Source: Patescibacteria group bacterium | GTDB lineage: Bacteria; Patescibacteriota; Minisyncoccia; Minisyncoccales; RBG-13-36-15 | NCBI GenBank assembly: GCA_022574775.1 | Contig: JACZRI010000002.1 | Span: 10,303 to 74,302, forward strand | Direction of reading: 5' to 3' | Length of the DNA: 64,000 bases | Shown: piece by piece, positions 44,783 through 52,115 of the stretch | Numbering within the stretch: the first letter of the stretch is position 1 | Layout: the number at the start of each line of letters is the position of its first letter | The notes under the pieces: model-generated | Seen by the model: only the letters and a program-made list of their open reading frames with translations | Database searches by the model: none | What the model was told of the DNA's origin: nothing | Program-made: the position numbers and the translations under genes

Positions 44783-45118
44783 GTGGTTACTAAAACAAGG
44801 CTAGATCCGGCAAGAGCTAAGAGATACATTCTTGCTGGCCAGTCCATGCACAATATGATCATCGAGGGGAACCTGGATCTCTCTGGTGAAATCTTCGAAA
44901 AAGATATATACCTCTTTGACGTAACCATCAAAGGAGATCTGGATCTCAGAGATGCAATCATCCTGGGGAGTTTGCAACTCCAACGTGCGACCATCAAGGG
45001 AGATATGAACCTCGCCACCAAGTCTGGACCAACGAAGATCATCGTGAGTCCTGCAATGGCTGAACAGGTCCGCCAGCTGGCACCTCCCCACGTCCATATT
45101 GAAGTTCAAGCGGAATAG
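44783..45118 (+). CDS. cassette A: 111-aa hypothetical protein with short beta-solenoid-like repeats
   Basis: GTG start 5 nt after GGAAGGAGG. Repeats [10 protein letters not shown] / [10 protein letters not shown] / [10 protein letters not shown] / [12 protein letters not shown]-richer than neighbours, opposite strand to all flanking genes, with a terminator right after the stop. Confidence 0.6.
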   Translation: MVTKTRLDPARAKRYILAGQSMHNMIIEGNLDLSGEIFEKDIYLFDVTIKGDLDLRDAIILGSLQLQRATIKGDMNLATKSGPTKIIVSPAMAEQVRQLAPPHVHIEVQAE

Positions 45119-45133
45119 CTAACCAAAGTCCCT

Positions 45134-45168
45134 AGCAGGCGGACTCTAAATGCCTGCTTTTTTATTTT
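45134..45168 (+). terminator. intrinsic terminator of cassette A
   Basis: AGCAGGC / GCCTGCT stem followed by TTTTTTATTTT. No T-run in the opposite direction. Confidence 0.8.
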
Positions 45169-45169
45169 C

Positions 45170-45542
45170 AATCTACCACGCCAAATTACGAGTAAACTCT
45201 ACACGAGTCCGGAACTCGTAATAATAAACCCTTAGAGCGAGGCAACTGCTAAAAAGGACATCCGCAGGCTCGCGGCCATGGTATCGCTGAAGGCGACGAG
45301 CGAGTCGAGGACTAAGCAGAATTTCTCGGTGGGAAATTCTGTGGTCCTTTGAAGCACGTTGCCGAGCGTTTTATCAGGCCAAATGGTCGCTTCGCCAGAT
45401 ACCGTACGGTACCTGGCTTCGCCACGCTGACGTGGCTCCGCTTCTAAAACACCTTCGGTTTCTTACGTCACTCTTCGGGCTCCTATTTTTCCAACACGGA
45501 GAGATATTCAATCTCCCCGACCCCTTTCTGTGCCATTTTGCC
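45170..45542. repeat. composite GC-rich structured intergenic element abutting the rpsG stop
   Basis: Several hairpins (e.g. CAGAATTTC/GAAATTCTG at 45317-45341 and CCAGATACC/GGTACCTGG). Modules are shared with 39282-39487 and 42421-42576. Confidence 0.8.
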
Positions 45543-46010
45543 TTACCAGGCAAAATGGGCAAAAGCCCTATTAGCTTCTGCCATTCGGTGGATATTTTCT
45601 TTCTTTCTAACTGCCCAGCCAGTATTGCTTGCCGCATCAATCATTTCCTCGGCTAATTTTGCTCGCATTGGTTTTCCTTTTTTCGCTTTAGCCCCTTGAA
45701 TAATCCAACGCATCGCCAAAGTCAATTTTCTCTCCCCTCTTACTTCTCTCGGCACTTGATAGGTTGCTCCTCCAATTCTTTTTGATTTTACCTCAAGCAA
45801 AGGGGATGCATTCTTAAGGGCTTTATCAAAAATATCCAAGGGTTCCTTTTTTGTTTTTTCTTTAATAATATCTAACGCCTGATAAACGATTCTCCTCGCC
45901 AGTATCTTTTTCCCTTGACGCATCACCTGATTAATAAATTTTGACACAACAATATTATTATAAACAGGATCTGGCGATATTACTCTTTTTGCTATTTTTT
46001 TCCTACCCAT
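45543..46010 (-). CDS. rpsG: 30S ribosomal protein S7
   Basis: 155-aa ORF with S7 pattern (PD..Y.......F.N..M..GKK..A..I.Y.A...I). Confidence 0.96.
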   Translation of the reverse strand: MGRKKIAKRVISPDPVYNNIVVSKFINQVMRQGKKILARRIVYQALDIIKEKTKKEPLDIFDKALKNASPLLEVKSKRIGGATYQVPREVRGERKLTLAMRWIIQGAKAKKGKPMRAKLAEEMIDAASNTGWAVRKKENIHRMAEANRAFAHFAW

Positions 46011-46079
46011 AAAATTAGCTTTTGGGACTAGCTTCTAGGTTTTTAATTAGCGGTATTCTTAACTAGACGCTACTAGAAA
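46011..46079. repeat. CTAGC / GCTAG-word hairpin (rpsG-rpsL spacer)
   Basis: GGGACTAGCTTCTAGG ... CTAGACGCTACTAGAAAC. Relatives at 25351-25429, 34022-34100 and 51091-51185. Confidence 0.8.
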
Positions 46080-46490
46080 CTATGCTTGTTTCTTGGTTCC
46101 ATACCTTGATCTTCTTCGCTTTCTTCCCTCAACTCCTCCAGTATCCAAAACCCCCCTTACAATATGGTATCTTACTCCTGGCAAATCCTTCACCCTTCCT
46201 CCTCGAATCAAAACTACTGAATGTTCCTGTAAGTTATGACCTTCTCCAGGAATATAAGCTGTCACCTCTATACCATTAGTCAACCTAACCCTCGCTACTT
46301 TCCGCAAAGCAGAGTTTGGTTTTCTTGGAGTTGCAGTGAATACCTTTATGCAAACCCCTCTTTTAAAAGAAGATGGATAGAACTTTGGTTTATTCTTCAA
46401 CACATTAAAACCAAATTCTAAGGCCGCCCTTGCTCCGGGTTTCTTTGTTCTCTTTCTCCTTTTTTTCATTAGTTGATGAATGGTTGGCAT
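46080..46490 (-). CDS. rpsL: 30S ribosomal protein S12
   Basis: 136-aa ORF with MPTI.QL and the [16 protein letters not shown] pattern. Confidence 0.96.
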   Translation of the reverse strand: MPTIHQLMKKRRKRTKKPGARAALEFGFNVLKNKPKFYPSSFKRGVCIKVFTATPRKPNSALRKVARVRLTNGIEVTAYIPGEGHNLQEHSVVLIRGGRVKDLPGVRYHIVRGVLDTGGVEGRKRRRSRYGTKKQA

Positions 46491-46557
46491 AAAAAATAAT
46501 CCGAATCTACGAATAATCTATTCGGATGCATTCTGATAATATTCGGATAACGTTATT

Positions 46558-46586
46558 AATTTACCAAATAAATTTGAAAATGTCAA
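46558..46586 (-). promoter_or_regulatory. putative str-operon promoter
   Basis: Minus strand TTGACA (46586-81), 17 nt, then TAAATT (46563-58). The leader contains an ATTCGGAT-type word hairpin. Confidence 0.55.
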
Positions 46587-46597
46587 TATTAATAATT

Positions 46598-47212
46598 TTA
46601 AAAGAGTGGGACGCCAACGATTAGTTGGAAAACCAGATTAACAATGTGGATTACCCATCTGAAAAAAAAGAAAAAAATAAAAAGTAGTATAAAAAGGCCG
46701 AATTGGTTTAAAAATATTTTTATTTTTTGTAAAGAATAAGGCAAAAAAGTAAATAGAATATGGGATCCATCCAAAGGCGGAACTGGCAACAAATTAAATA
46801 CAGCCAACAGGATGTTTATAAAAACAATATAACTGAACATTAGATAAATCCCAGGATTATCGGCTAATACCGGGATAAAACGAAGAGTCAAGCCGAAAAC
46901 TAAAGCCAATGCTAAATTCGCAGCAGGTCCGGCTAATGCTACTTTAGCTGAACCGTACTTCTGATCTCGTAAATTATGCGGGTTAATGGGAACTGGCTTT
47001 GCCCAGCCAAATAATATTGGGCTCTTTAAAAGAAGCAGAAACAACGGAACAATAACAGAACCAAATGGATCCAAGTGTTTTATCGGATTTAAGGTAAGTC
47101 TGCCTGCATATCTCGCAGTCGGATCACCCAAATAATCAGCCATCAATCCATGGGACACTTCATGAATAACAACGGAAAATAAAAGGATTGCCAATAAAAA
47201 AATATACTCCAT
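46598..47212 (-). CDS. M50 site-2 protease family membrane metalloprotease
   Basis: 204-aa polytopic ORF with HEVSHG and NLLPVPPLDGSH motifs. Confidence 0.82.
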   Translation of the reverse strand: MEYIFLLAILLFSVVIHEVSHGLMADYLGDPTARYAGRLTLNPIKHLDPFGSVIVPLFLLLLKSPILFGWAKPVPINPHNLRDQKYGSAKVALAGPAANLALALVFGLTLRFIPVLADNPGIYLMFSYIVFINILLAVFNLLPVPPLDGSHILFTFLPYSLQKIKIFLNQFGLFILLFIFFFFFRWVIHIVNLVFQLIVGVPLF

Positions 47213-47310
47213 AAATTAATTATAGCAAAAAAGCGACGCTTTAGCCAATAGAAATTAAAAGTTTTAAAACCCTGTTATAAAATATAGATGCTGAAAATTA
47301 TCTGTTATAG

Positions 47311-47338
47311 TTGTAAATTTTTTCTAACGATGTAAAAT
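47311..47338 (+). promoter_or_regulatory. putative rpmB promoter (near-leaderless)
   Basis: TTGTAA, 16 nt, TAAAAT. The ATG is only 9 nt after the -10 box. Confidence 0.45.
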
Positions 47339-47347
47339 AAAGTCGCT

Positions 47348-47575
47348 ATGGCGAAAAAATGCGCAATCTGCGGGAAAGGCTCCATGATGGTTTGGCGAAG
47401 AGTTAAACTCCGAGGAAAATATAACCCGACTATCAAAAGAAGGCAATATCCCAATTTGCAGTGGGTAAAGTTGCTTTCGGGTATAAAAAAGCCTCGCGAG
47501 GACCACACCCCTTTACGGGGAAAAAGAGTTCTTGCCTGCACAAAATGTATTAAGGCAATTGAAAAAAGGAATTAA
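47348..47575 (+). CDS. rpmB: 50S ribosomal protein L28 (Cys-containing form)
   Basis: 75-aa ORF with MAKKCAICGKG....R......N.T.RR..PNLQ and a C-terminal CTKC. Confidence 0.85.
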   Translation: MAKKCAICGKGSMMVWRRVKLRGKYNPTIKRRQYPNLQWVKLLSGIKKPREDHTPLRGKRVLACTKCIKAIEKRN

Positions 47576-47581
47576 TTTCTA

Positions 47582-47653
47582 ACGGGGTGTAGTATAATGG
47601 TTATTATGCAGGGCTGGGGGTCCTGTGATTTGGGTTCAATTCCCAGCACCCCG
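47582..47653 (+). tRNA. tRNA-Pro (anticodon GGG)
   Basis: Hand-folded: acceptor CGGGGTG/CACCCCG, anticodon stem CAGGG/TCCTG with loop CTGGGGG, T-arm TTGGG-TTCAATT-CCCAG, discriminator A. No encoded CCA. Confidence 0.85.
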
Positions 47654-47802
47654 ACTATTATAAATATCTTACTTTTATCTATTGCTGTATAAAATTAAAA
47701 ATGTCAAGTCTTATTGCCAATAAATTTATTATGGAAACTCTAAAAAAATTTACCACGAAAAAAATTAACTTGGTTTTTTAAAATAAATGAATACGACAAA
47801 AC

Positions 47803-47830
47803 GAAAAAAACGCTCATTAAGCGTTTTTTT
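47803..47830. terminator. bidirectional intrinsic terminator
   Basis: A7, AACGC/GCGTT stem, T7. Serves rpmB/tRNA-Pro (+) and the candidate ncRNA (-). Confidence 0.75.
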
Positions 47831-47975
47831 CGTACCCTGCCTCCTTCCAGAAGAACTTCTGGTATGATATTTTAAGTGGGTGTCCGCAGATAGACGCCAC
47901 AGCGGCTACCAATATAGAACTCCCGGGAAAAAACCTTTGTGCCAGAATCTAGCTAGAAAGATCTAGCAGGGCTAT
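47803..47975 (-). ncRNA. candidate ~170-nt structured small RNA, class unknown
   Basis: Bounded by the promoter at 47980-48008 and the terminator at 47803-47830. 5' CCCUGC pairs with 3' GCAGGG, with internal GC hairpins and no plausible ORF. Contains GGAAGGAGG. Confidence 0.45.
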
Positions 47976-47979
47976 TTTT

Positions 47980-48008
47980 ATATTAGCAACTCCAAAAAAC
48001 CCTGTCAA
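47980..48008 (-). promoter_or_regulatory. near-consensus promoter of the candidate ncRNA
   Basis: Minus strand TTGACA (48008-03), 17 nt, then TAATAT (47985-80). Confidence 0.6.
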
Positions 48009-48143
48009 GGTTTAAAATCTTACACAATTATTCGGGATATTCATAGTTTACTAACCATTTTGAAAAATCTTATTAGTTTTCTAACCTTTCCAGCCAAAGC
48101 GCATAAATCGTTATGTGCTCGGGTTTGAGAGAATAAGTTAATT

Positions 48144-49220
48144 TTAAATCTTGAGCGCCTCTGGCAACTGCTTAATCAAAGAAAGCGCCACTGCCTGAGG
48201 CAATAAACTATATGAATCCACACCCCTATCGTCAGGAAAAACCCAAGCCTTCTCAACAATCTCCACCTTTTTAGCACCTTCTATATACTTATAAATATAT
48301 TCCGGAGTAATCTCATAATCATCTACGTATTCTTTTGCAAGATCTATTGGAACTGAATTTCTCAATAGAACCTTAGGGATTCCATGGAGAGAAAAAGCCT
48401 GTTTGATTAATTTTTCATCTACTTCCAAACGATTTTTAACTGCCTCTATCCCTAATTCATCTCCTTCCTTCTTCACCATTCTTATTTCCCCGCATTTCGG
48501 ATTATCACAAATGAGAAAAAATTGTCTGTTCTCTTTATCATATCTTGCTTCTTTTGTTGGGAAAAGTTTTAAATTTCTTGGAGTCTGGCATTGAGGACAA
48601 ACTACCCGAAATTTTATTCTTTCATCAATGACTTTTTCAGGCACATCAATCAAGACAAAAATATCAGGGTCGGCCCGATAACCAATCAGATCTCTGAAAA
48701 ATAATGAATATGACACTTGGTCTAAATCCCTTGGAAAACCATCAATAAAAAGAGTCTTTTTCCCTATTTTATCTATCTCCCGCCTCAATAAAGCTAAAAT
48801 GAATTCTGTTGGCAAAAGAGTCTCCGTACTTCTTCCTAAAAGCGCCTCTATTGCTTTTTCGATAGAAATATACCCCCGATAGTGCTGAGAAAGCCAGTTT
48901 ATTAATTCTTCTTTTTTGGCTGATGTTTCTAAAATTTCTTCATGGACTTTCCGCACAATATCTCCAATGGAAATATGAGCTATTTTATCTTTATCTATTA
49001 TTTCTGCAAATATTTTAGAATAAGTTCCTTTTCCCGAATTTTTTTTTCCTAAAAGATATGCGATGAAGGTATTCCTCTTGAGATAATCCCTCAATTTCTT
49101 AATCTCTTCTCCGCTTTTTGATTCAAAATACTCCCGAGTTTCTTCAGGGTTAATTAAATCAAACTGCTTCGTTAAGCCCTCGACTTTGGTCTTAAAAAGT
49201 GGGAATTCAATATCCTTCAT
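48144..49220 (-). CDS. extended adenylate-kinase-like NMP kinase paralog
   Basis: 358-aa ORF with P-loop GKKNSGKGT, an IDGFPRD motif, a Cys4 LID (CPQC...CDNPKC), an extra N-terminal ~55 aa and an extra C-terminal ~110 aa. Confidence 0.7.
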   Translation of the reverse strand: MKDIEFPLFKTKVEGLTKQFDLINPEETREYFESKSGEEIKKLRDYLKRNTFIAYLLGKKNSGKGTYSKIFAEIIDKDKIAHISIGDIVRKVHEEILETSAKKEELINWLSQHYRGYISIEKAIEALLGRSTETLLPTEFILALLRREIDKIGKKTLFIDGFPRDLDQVSYSLFFRDLIGYRADPDIFVLIDVPEKVIDERIKFRVVCPQCQTPRNLKLFPTKEARYDKENRQFFLICDNPKCGEIRMVKKEGDELGIEAVKNRLEVDEKLIKQAFSLHGIPKVLLRNSVPIDLAKEYVDDYEITPEYIYKYIEGAKKVEIVEKAWVFPDDRGVDSYSLLPQAVALSLIKQLPEALKI

Positions 49221-49318
49221 TTAGAAAATTTCTAATATCTAATTTCTAATGTCTAATAAAATCCCAATGCCTAAATGTCTAAAATTTTCGTCATTAGAAA
49301 TTAGTAATTAATAATTGG

Positions 49319-50176
49319 TTATTTTATTTTAAGGTTTGCTCCATCGGAAATAATTTTTATATCTCCTTCCTCGTCAGTTCTTAGCACCCTTATACCATAT
49401 TCCTTTAAGATTGCCAAAGTTTCTTGATGAGGATGGCCATAACGGTTGCTTTTCCCAACAGAAATAACGGCAATTTTGGGCAAAATTTGTTCAATAAATT
49501 CTTCTGAGGTTGAAGTCTTGCTTCCATGATGACCAACTTTTAAAACATCAGTTTTAAGATTAGCGTCAGCTCCAATAATTTTTTTCTCAACAGATTTGTA
49601 AGCGTCTCCAGTAAATAAAAAAGAGTTTTGATTAAAAACTAAGAGGCTGATAATTGATGTATTGTTGCTGTTTTTAAATTCTTTACCCTCCAAGTTTTCA
49701 AACGGGTTTAAAATATCAAAATAAATCCCTTCTCCCAATCTAATTTCTTGACCGGCTTGAACTATTTTAATTTCTGCTCCTTCTTCTTCAATCAACTTTC
49801 TCCATTCTTTATTCTCATTAGTATCTCTTACTATCCCTGTCCATAAGATATAATCAACTTTATATCTCTCCAAAACCTGAAGCAAACCAGCTAAATGGTC
49901 GTGCTCTGGATGGGTTAAAATAATAAGATCAATTGTTCTGTCCCAAAAAGGCATCTCCTCTGCCAGTTTTTCCAAAATTATAGAGGACGGGCCTCCGTCA
50001 ATTAAAATTTGATGCCCTTGAGGAGTCTCAATAAAAATACTATCCCCCTGGCCTACGTCAAAAAAAGTAACTTCAAGAAATCTTGGTTGGCTCAAATCAT
50101 AAACAGCAATCCAGGCAAGAATGTTGAAGAAGAAAAGAATTCCTAAAACAACTAAGGCATCGTTATTTCTTTGCAT
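49319..50176 (-). CDS. ComEC/Rec2-related metallo-beta-lactamase-fold hydrolase
   Basis: 285-aa ORF with an N-terminal TM helix and DVGQGDS, THPEHDHLAG and GHHGS motifs. Confidence 0.8.
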   Translation of the reverse strand: MQRNNDALVVLGILFFFNILAWIAVYDLSQPRFLEVTFFDVGQGDSIFIETPQGHQILIDGGPSSIILEKLAEEMPFWDRTIDLIILTHPEHDHLAGLLQVLERYKVDYILWTGIVRDTNENKEWRKLIEEEGAEIKIVQAGQEIRLGEGIYFDILNPFENLEGKEFKNSNNTSIISLLVFNQNSFLFTGDAYKSVEKKIIGADANLKTDVLKVGHHGSKTSTSEEFIEQILPKIAVISVGKSNRYGHPHQETLAILKEYGIRVLRTDEEGDIKIISDGANLKIK

Positions 50177-50230
50177 TGGTTTTATTATAATTGAGTTAAG
50201 AATTATTTAAAATAAAAAAATGCCAACTCC

Positions 50231-50259
50231 TTGACAAATTTGAAGTATGGGTGTATGAT
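50231..50259 (+). promoter_or_regulatory. promoter of cassette B (paralog of the cassette A promoter)
   Basis: TTGACA (50231-36), 17 nt, TATGAT (50254-59). The 23-nt block is identical to 44712-44734. Confidence 0.75.
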
Positions 50260-50305
50260 TGAAATAAGTTCGACGGGATTAGTCAAATAGGAAGGAGGAA
50301 CGCAA

Positions 50306-50578
50306 ATGCAAGAAACAGCTGTTATGACCAAAGAAGAAATCACTAAATCGCAGTTCTATGCGGGCGACAATTGGGGAAGAAAACTGAAACAAGAACTGGC
50401 TGCCGTCCAAGAACCTCTACTGGGTAAACGAATCGTAAAGGTGGAGATTACCCCTGGTTTCGAAGATCAACCATTTACGGTCGGGAAATACCCAAGGCTC
50501 ACCATCACCGTGGAGGACGGCACCAAACTATATTTCAACCTTCCTCAAGAACACGAGTTTGGCATCAAGATTCCCTGA
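50306..50578 (+). CDS. cassette B: 90-aa hypothetical protein
   Basis: ATG 7 nt after GGAAGGAGG. GC-richer than its flanks, followed by a terminator. No recognisable family. Confidence 0.6.
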   Translation: MQETAVMTKEEITKSQFYAGDNWGRKLKQELAAVQEPLLGKRIVKVEITPGFEDQPFTVGKYPRLTITVEDGTKLYFNLPQEHEFGIKIP

Positions 50579-50611
50579 CATTTATTCCGCCACAAGGGCT
50601 TCGGCTCAAGA

Positions 50612-50648
50612 AAGTCTCTTAACAACCAGTTAAGAGACTTTTGCATTT
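50612..50648 (+). terminator. intrinsic terminator of cassette B
   Basis: 12-bp stem AAGTCTCTTAAC / GTTAAGAGACTT followed by TTGCATTT. Confidence 0.7.
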
Positions 50649-50733
50649 AACCCCTATCACCTTCTCAAACTCTTCTGTTTTATTACACTTTCGCCTCTAT
50701 ATTAAAAAGAACAGAGGTGCCCCAACCCTGAAC

Positions 50734-50759
50734 TGGTCGTGCTCTGGATGAGTTAAAAT
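50734..50759 (-). pseudogene. 26-nt fragment duplicating the HPEHDH-motif region of the ComEC-like gene
   Basis: 25/26 identical to 49896-49921. Lies upstream of the gene, beyond cassette B. Confidence 0.7.
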
Positions 50760-50871
50760 TTCAAATCAAATCTTACGAGGTCAAACCTCGTAAGATTCTA
50801 ATTCGCCATAATTAAGCCATGGCAAAATTTGTGCGAATGAAATAATAGGTATTCACTTTATATTTGCAATA

Positions 50872-50910
50872 AATAAAACAAAAAGCCCAAAACCCCTAAG
50901 GCCCTGGGCT
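50872..50910 (-). terminator. terminator after the small Zn-ribbon gene
   Basis: AGCCCA / TGGGCT stem followed on the minus strand by TTTTGTTTT. Confidence 0.65.
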
Positions 50911-50934
50911 AAATATAGATTATGTTTTTAAAGT

Positions 50935-51090
50935 TTATTTGTTTCCCAAAATCCGAAACATCTTGGTGCTGCATTTCGGGCATGTCCCGGTCAAAGCCCT
51001 TCTTTTTGTTCCTCCCTTTCCTTTCATTGCCACCTCTTTCTCACCCTGGATTTCTCTTTTTGCTTTACATTTTACACAATAAGCTTCCAT
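50935..51090 (-). CDS. small Zn-ribbon protein (DUF5679-like)
   Basis: 51-aa ORF below the ORF-track cutoff: MEAYCVKCKAKREIQGEKEVAMKGKGGTKRRALTGTCPKCSTKMFRILGNK, with two CxxC pairs. Confidence 0.75.
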   Translation of the reverse strand: MEAYCVKCKAKREIQGEKEVAMKGKGGTKRRALTGTCPKCSTKMFRILGNK

Positions 51091-51265
51091 GATAAAATTA
51101 AGTTTTTAGGTTCTAGGGTTTAGGGTCTAGTTCGAATAATTTTATCTAAGAAGCTAGCCACTAAAAACCTAGACGCTAGTTGGTGATCGACCTTTTTCTC
51201 TTCCTTCGTGGATTTACTTATCCACAAGCTTATTTTACTTTAATTTAAGCAAGAAGTATAGTCAA

Positions 51266-51307
51266 GGCTTCGACAAGCTCAGCCTTGACCCTGAACCTGT
51301 CGAAGGA
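51266..51307. repeat. REP-like element copy
   Basis: GGCTTCGACAAGCTCAGCCTTGACCCTGAACCTGTCGAAGGA. Confidence 0.85.
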
Positions 51308-51324
51308 TCAAGCCCCGAACAAAC

Positions 51325-52080
51325 CTAAACATCTATAAACAATTTCATTAATAACATCACGCCTATCCCAGCCAAAAACATAGAGAAAGAAATTGCTGAT
51401 TTTTTAATACTCTCTTTGTGCTTAATTTCTGGAATTAAGTCAGAGGCCGCAATATAAATAAAGTGTCCTGCGGCAAGGGGTAAAAGAAAAATTATTTTTT
51501 CGCCTATTCTATCTGCAAGCAAAAACCCAAAAATCCCTCCAAAAACTATCGTAATAGATGAAGCAAAATTCAGCAGAAGAGCTTTTGTTTTCTTAAAGCC
51601 TCCATAAACCAAAACTCCGAATTCTCCCATTTCTTGAGGAATCTCATGGGAAGCCACCACCAAAGCTGTAACTATCCCGACTGGAAATCCGATTATAAAA
51701 GAAGCAGCAATTATTATACCGTCAATAAAGTTATGTATGCCGTCTGAAATCAAAATAAGATAAGAAAATGGCATTATTTCAGGATGCTCTTTATTATGAT
51801 GGTGATGCCATCTGATAAAATTCTCCAGAACAAAGAACATACCAAAACCCAAAAGTACATATAAAAATATAATTAAAAGAGATGATTCATCGGTCCCTTT
51901 TTCACTAATTGCCTCTGGTAAAAGATGTAAAAACGCACCACCCATCAAAGTCCCAGCTGAAAAAGCTATCAAAGAACCAATGATTTTCTCTAAAACTTTT
52001 TCTCTAAGAAACAAAGTCAGCCCTCCGACAAAGGCAATTAAGCTGATTAAAAAAGTAACTCCTATTATTAAAAATAGCAT
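51325..52080 (-). CDS. ZIP-family divalent metal transporter
   Basis: 251-aa polytopic ORF with HNFIDG and HEIPQEMGEF motifs and a His-rich loop (HHHHNKEH). Confidence 0.85.
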   Translation of the reverse strand: MLFLIIGVTFLISLIAFVGGLTLFLREKVLEKIIGSLIAFSAGTLMGGAFLHLLPEAISEKGTDESSLLIIFLYVLLGFGMFFVLENFIRWHHHHNKEHPEIMPFSYLILISDGIHNFIDGIIIAASFIIGFPVGIVTALVVASHEIPQEMGEFGVLVYGGFKKTKALLLNFASSITIVFGGIFGFLLADRIGEKIIFLLPLAAGHFIYIAASDLIPEIKHKESIKKSAISFSMFLAGIGVMLLMKLFIDV

Positions 52081-52115
52081 AATAGTGTATTCTGTTTTAT
52101 AATATAATAATTTTT

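Noticed and set aside
44755-45109. Two long minus-strand ORFs (95 and 102 aa) antisense to cassette A.
   Set aside because: The plus frame has the consensus promoter, SD and terminator. The minus ORFs start at weak codons (TTG) without signals. Repeat-rich, GC-rich sequence tends to stay open on both strands. Translation from rpsG read-through cannot be fully excluded.
45374-45656. 88-aa (-) and 74-aa (+) ORFs at the rpsG 3' end.
   Set aside because: They read through the structured GC-rich element. The homologous element behind fusA conserves stems, not a reading frame.
47803-47975. SRP (4.5S) RNA.
   Set aside because: CUGGAAGGAGGCAGG superficially resembles CCGGAAGGAAGCAGC. However, the 5' GUCAGG strand and the GGAA tetraloop geometry of domain IV are missing.
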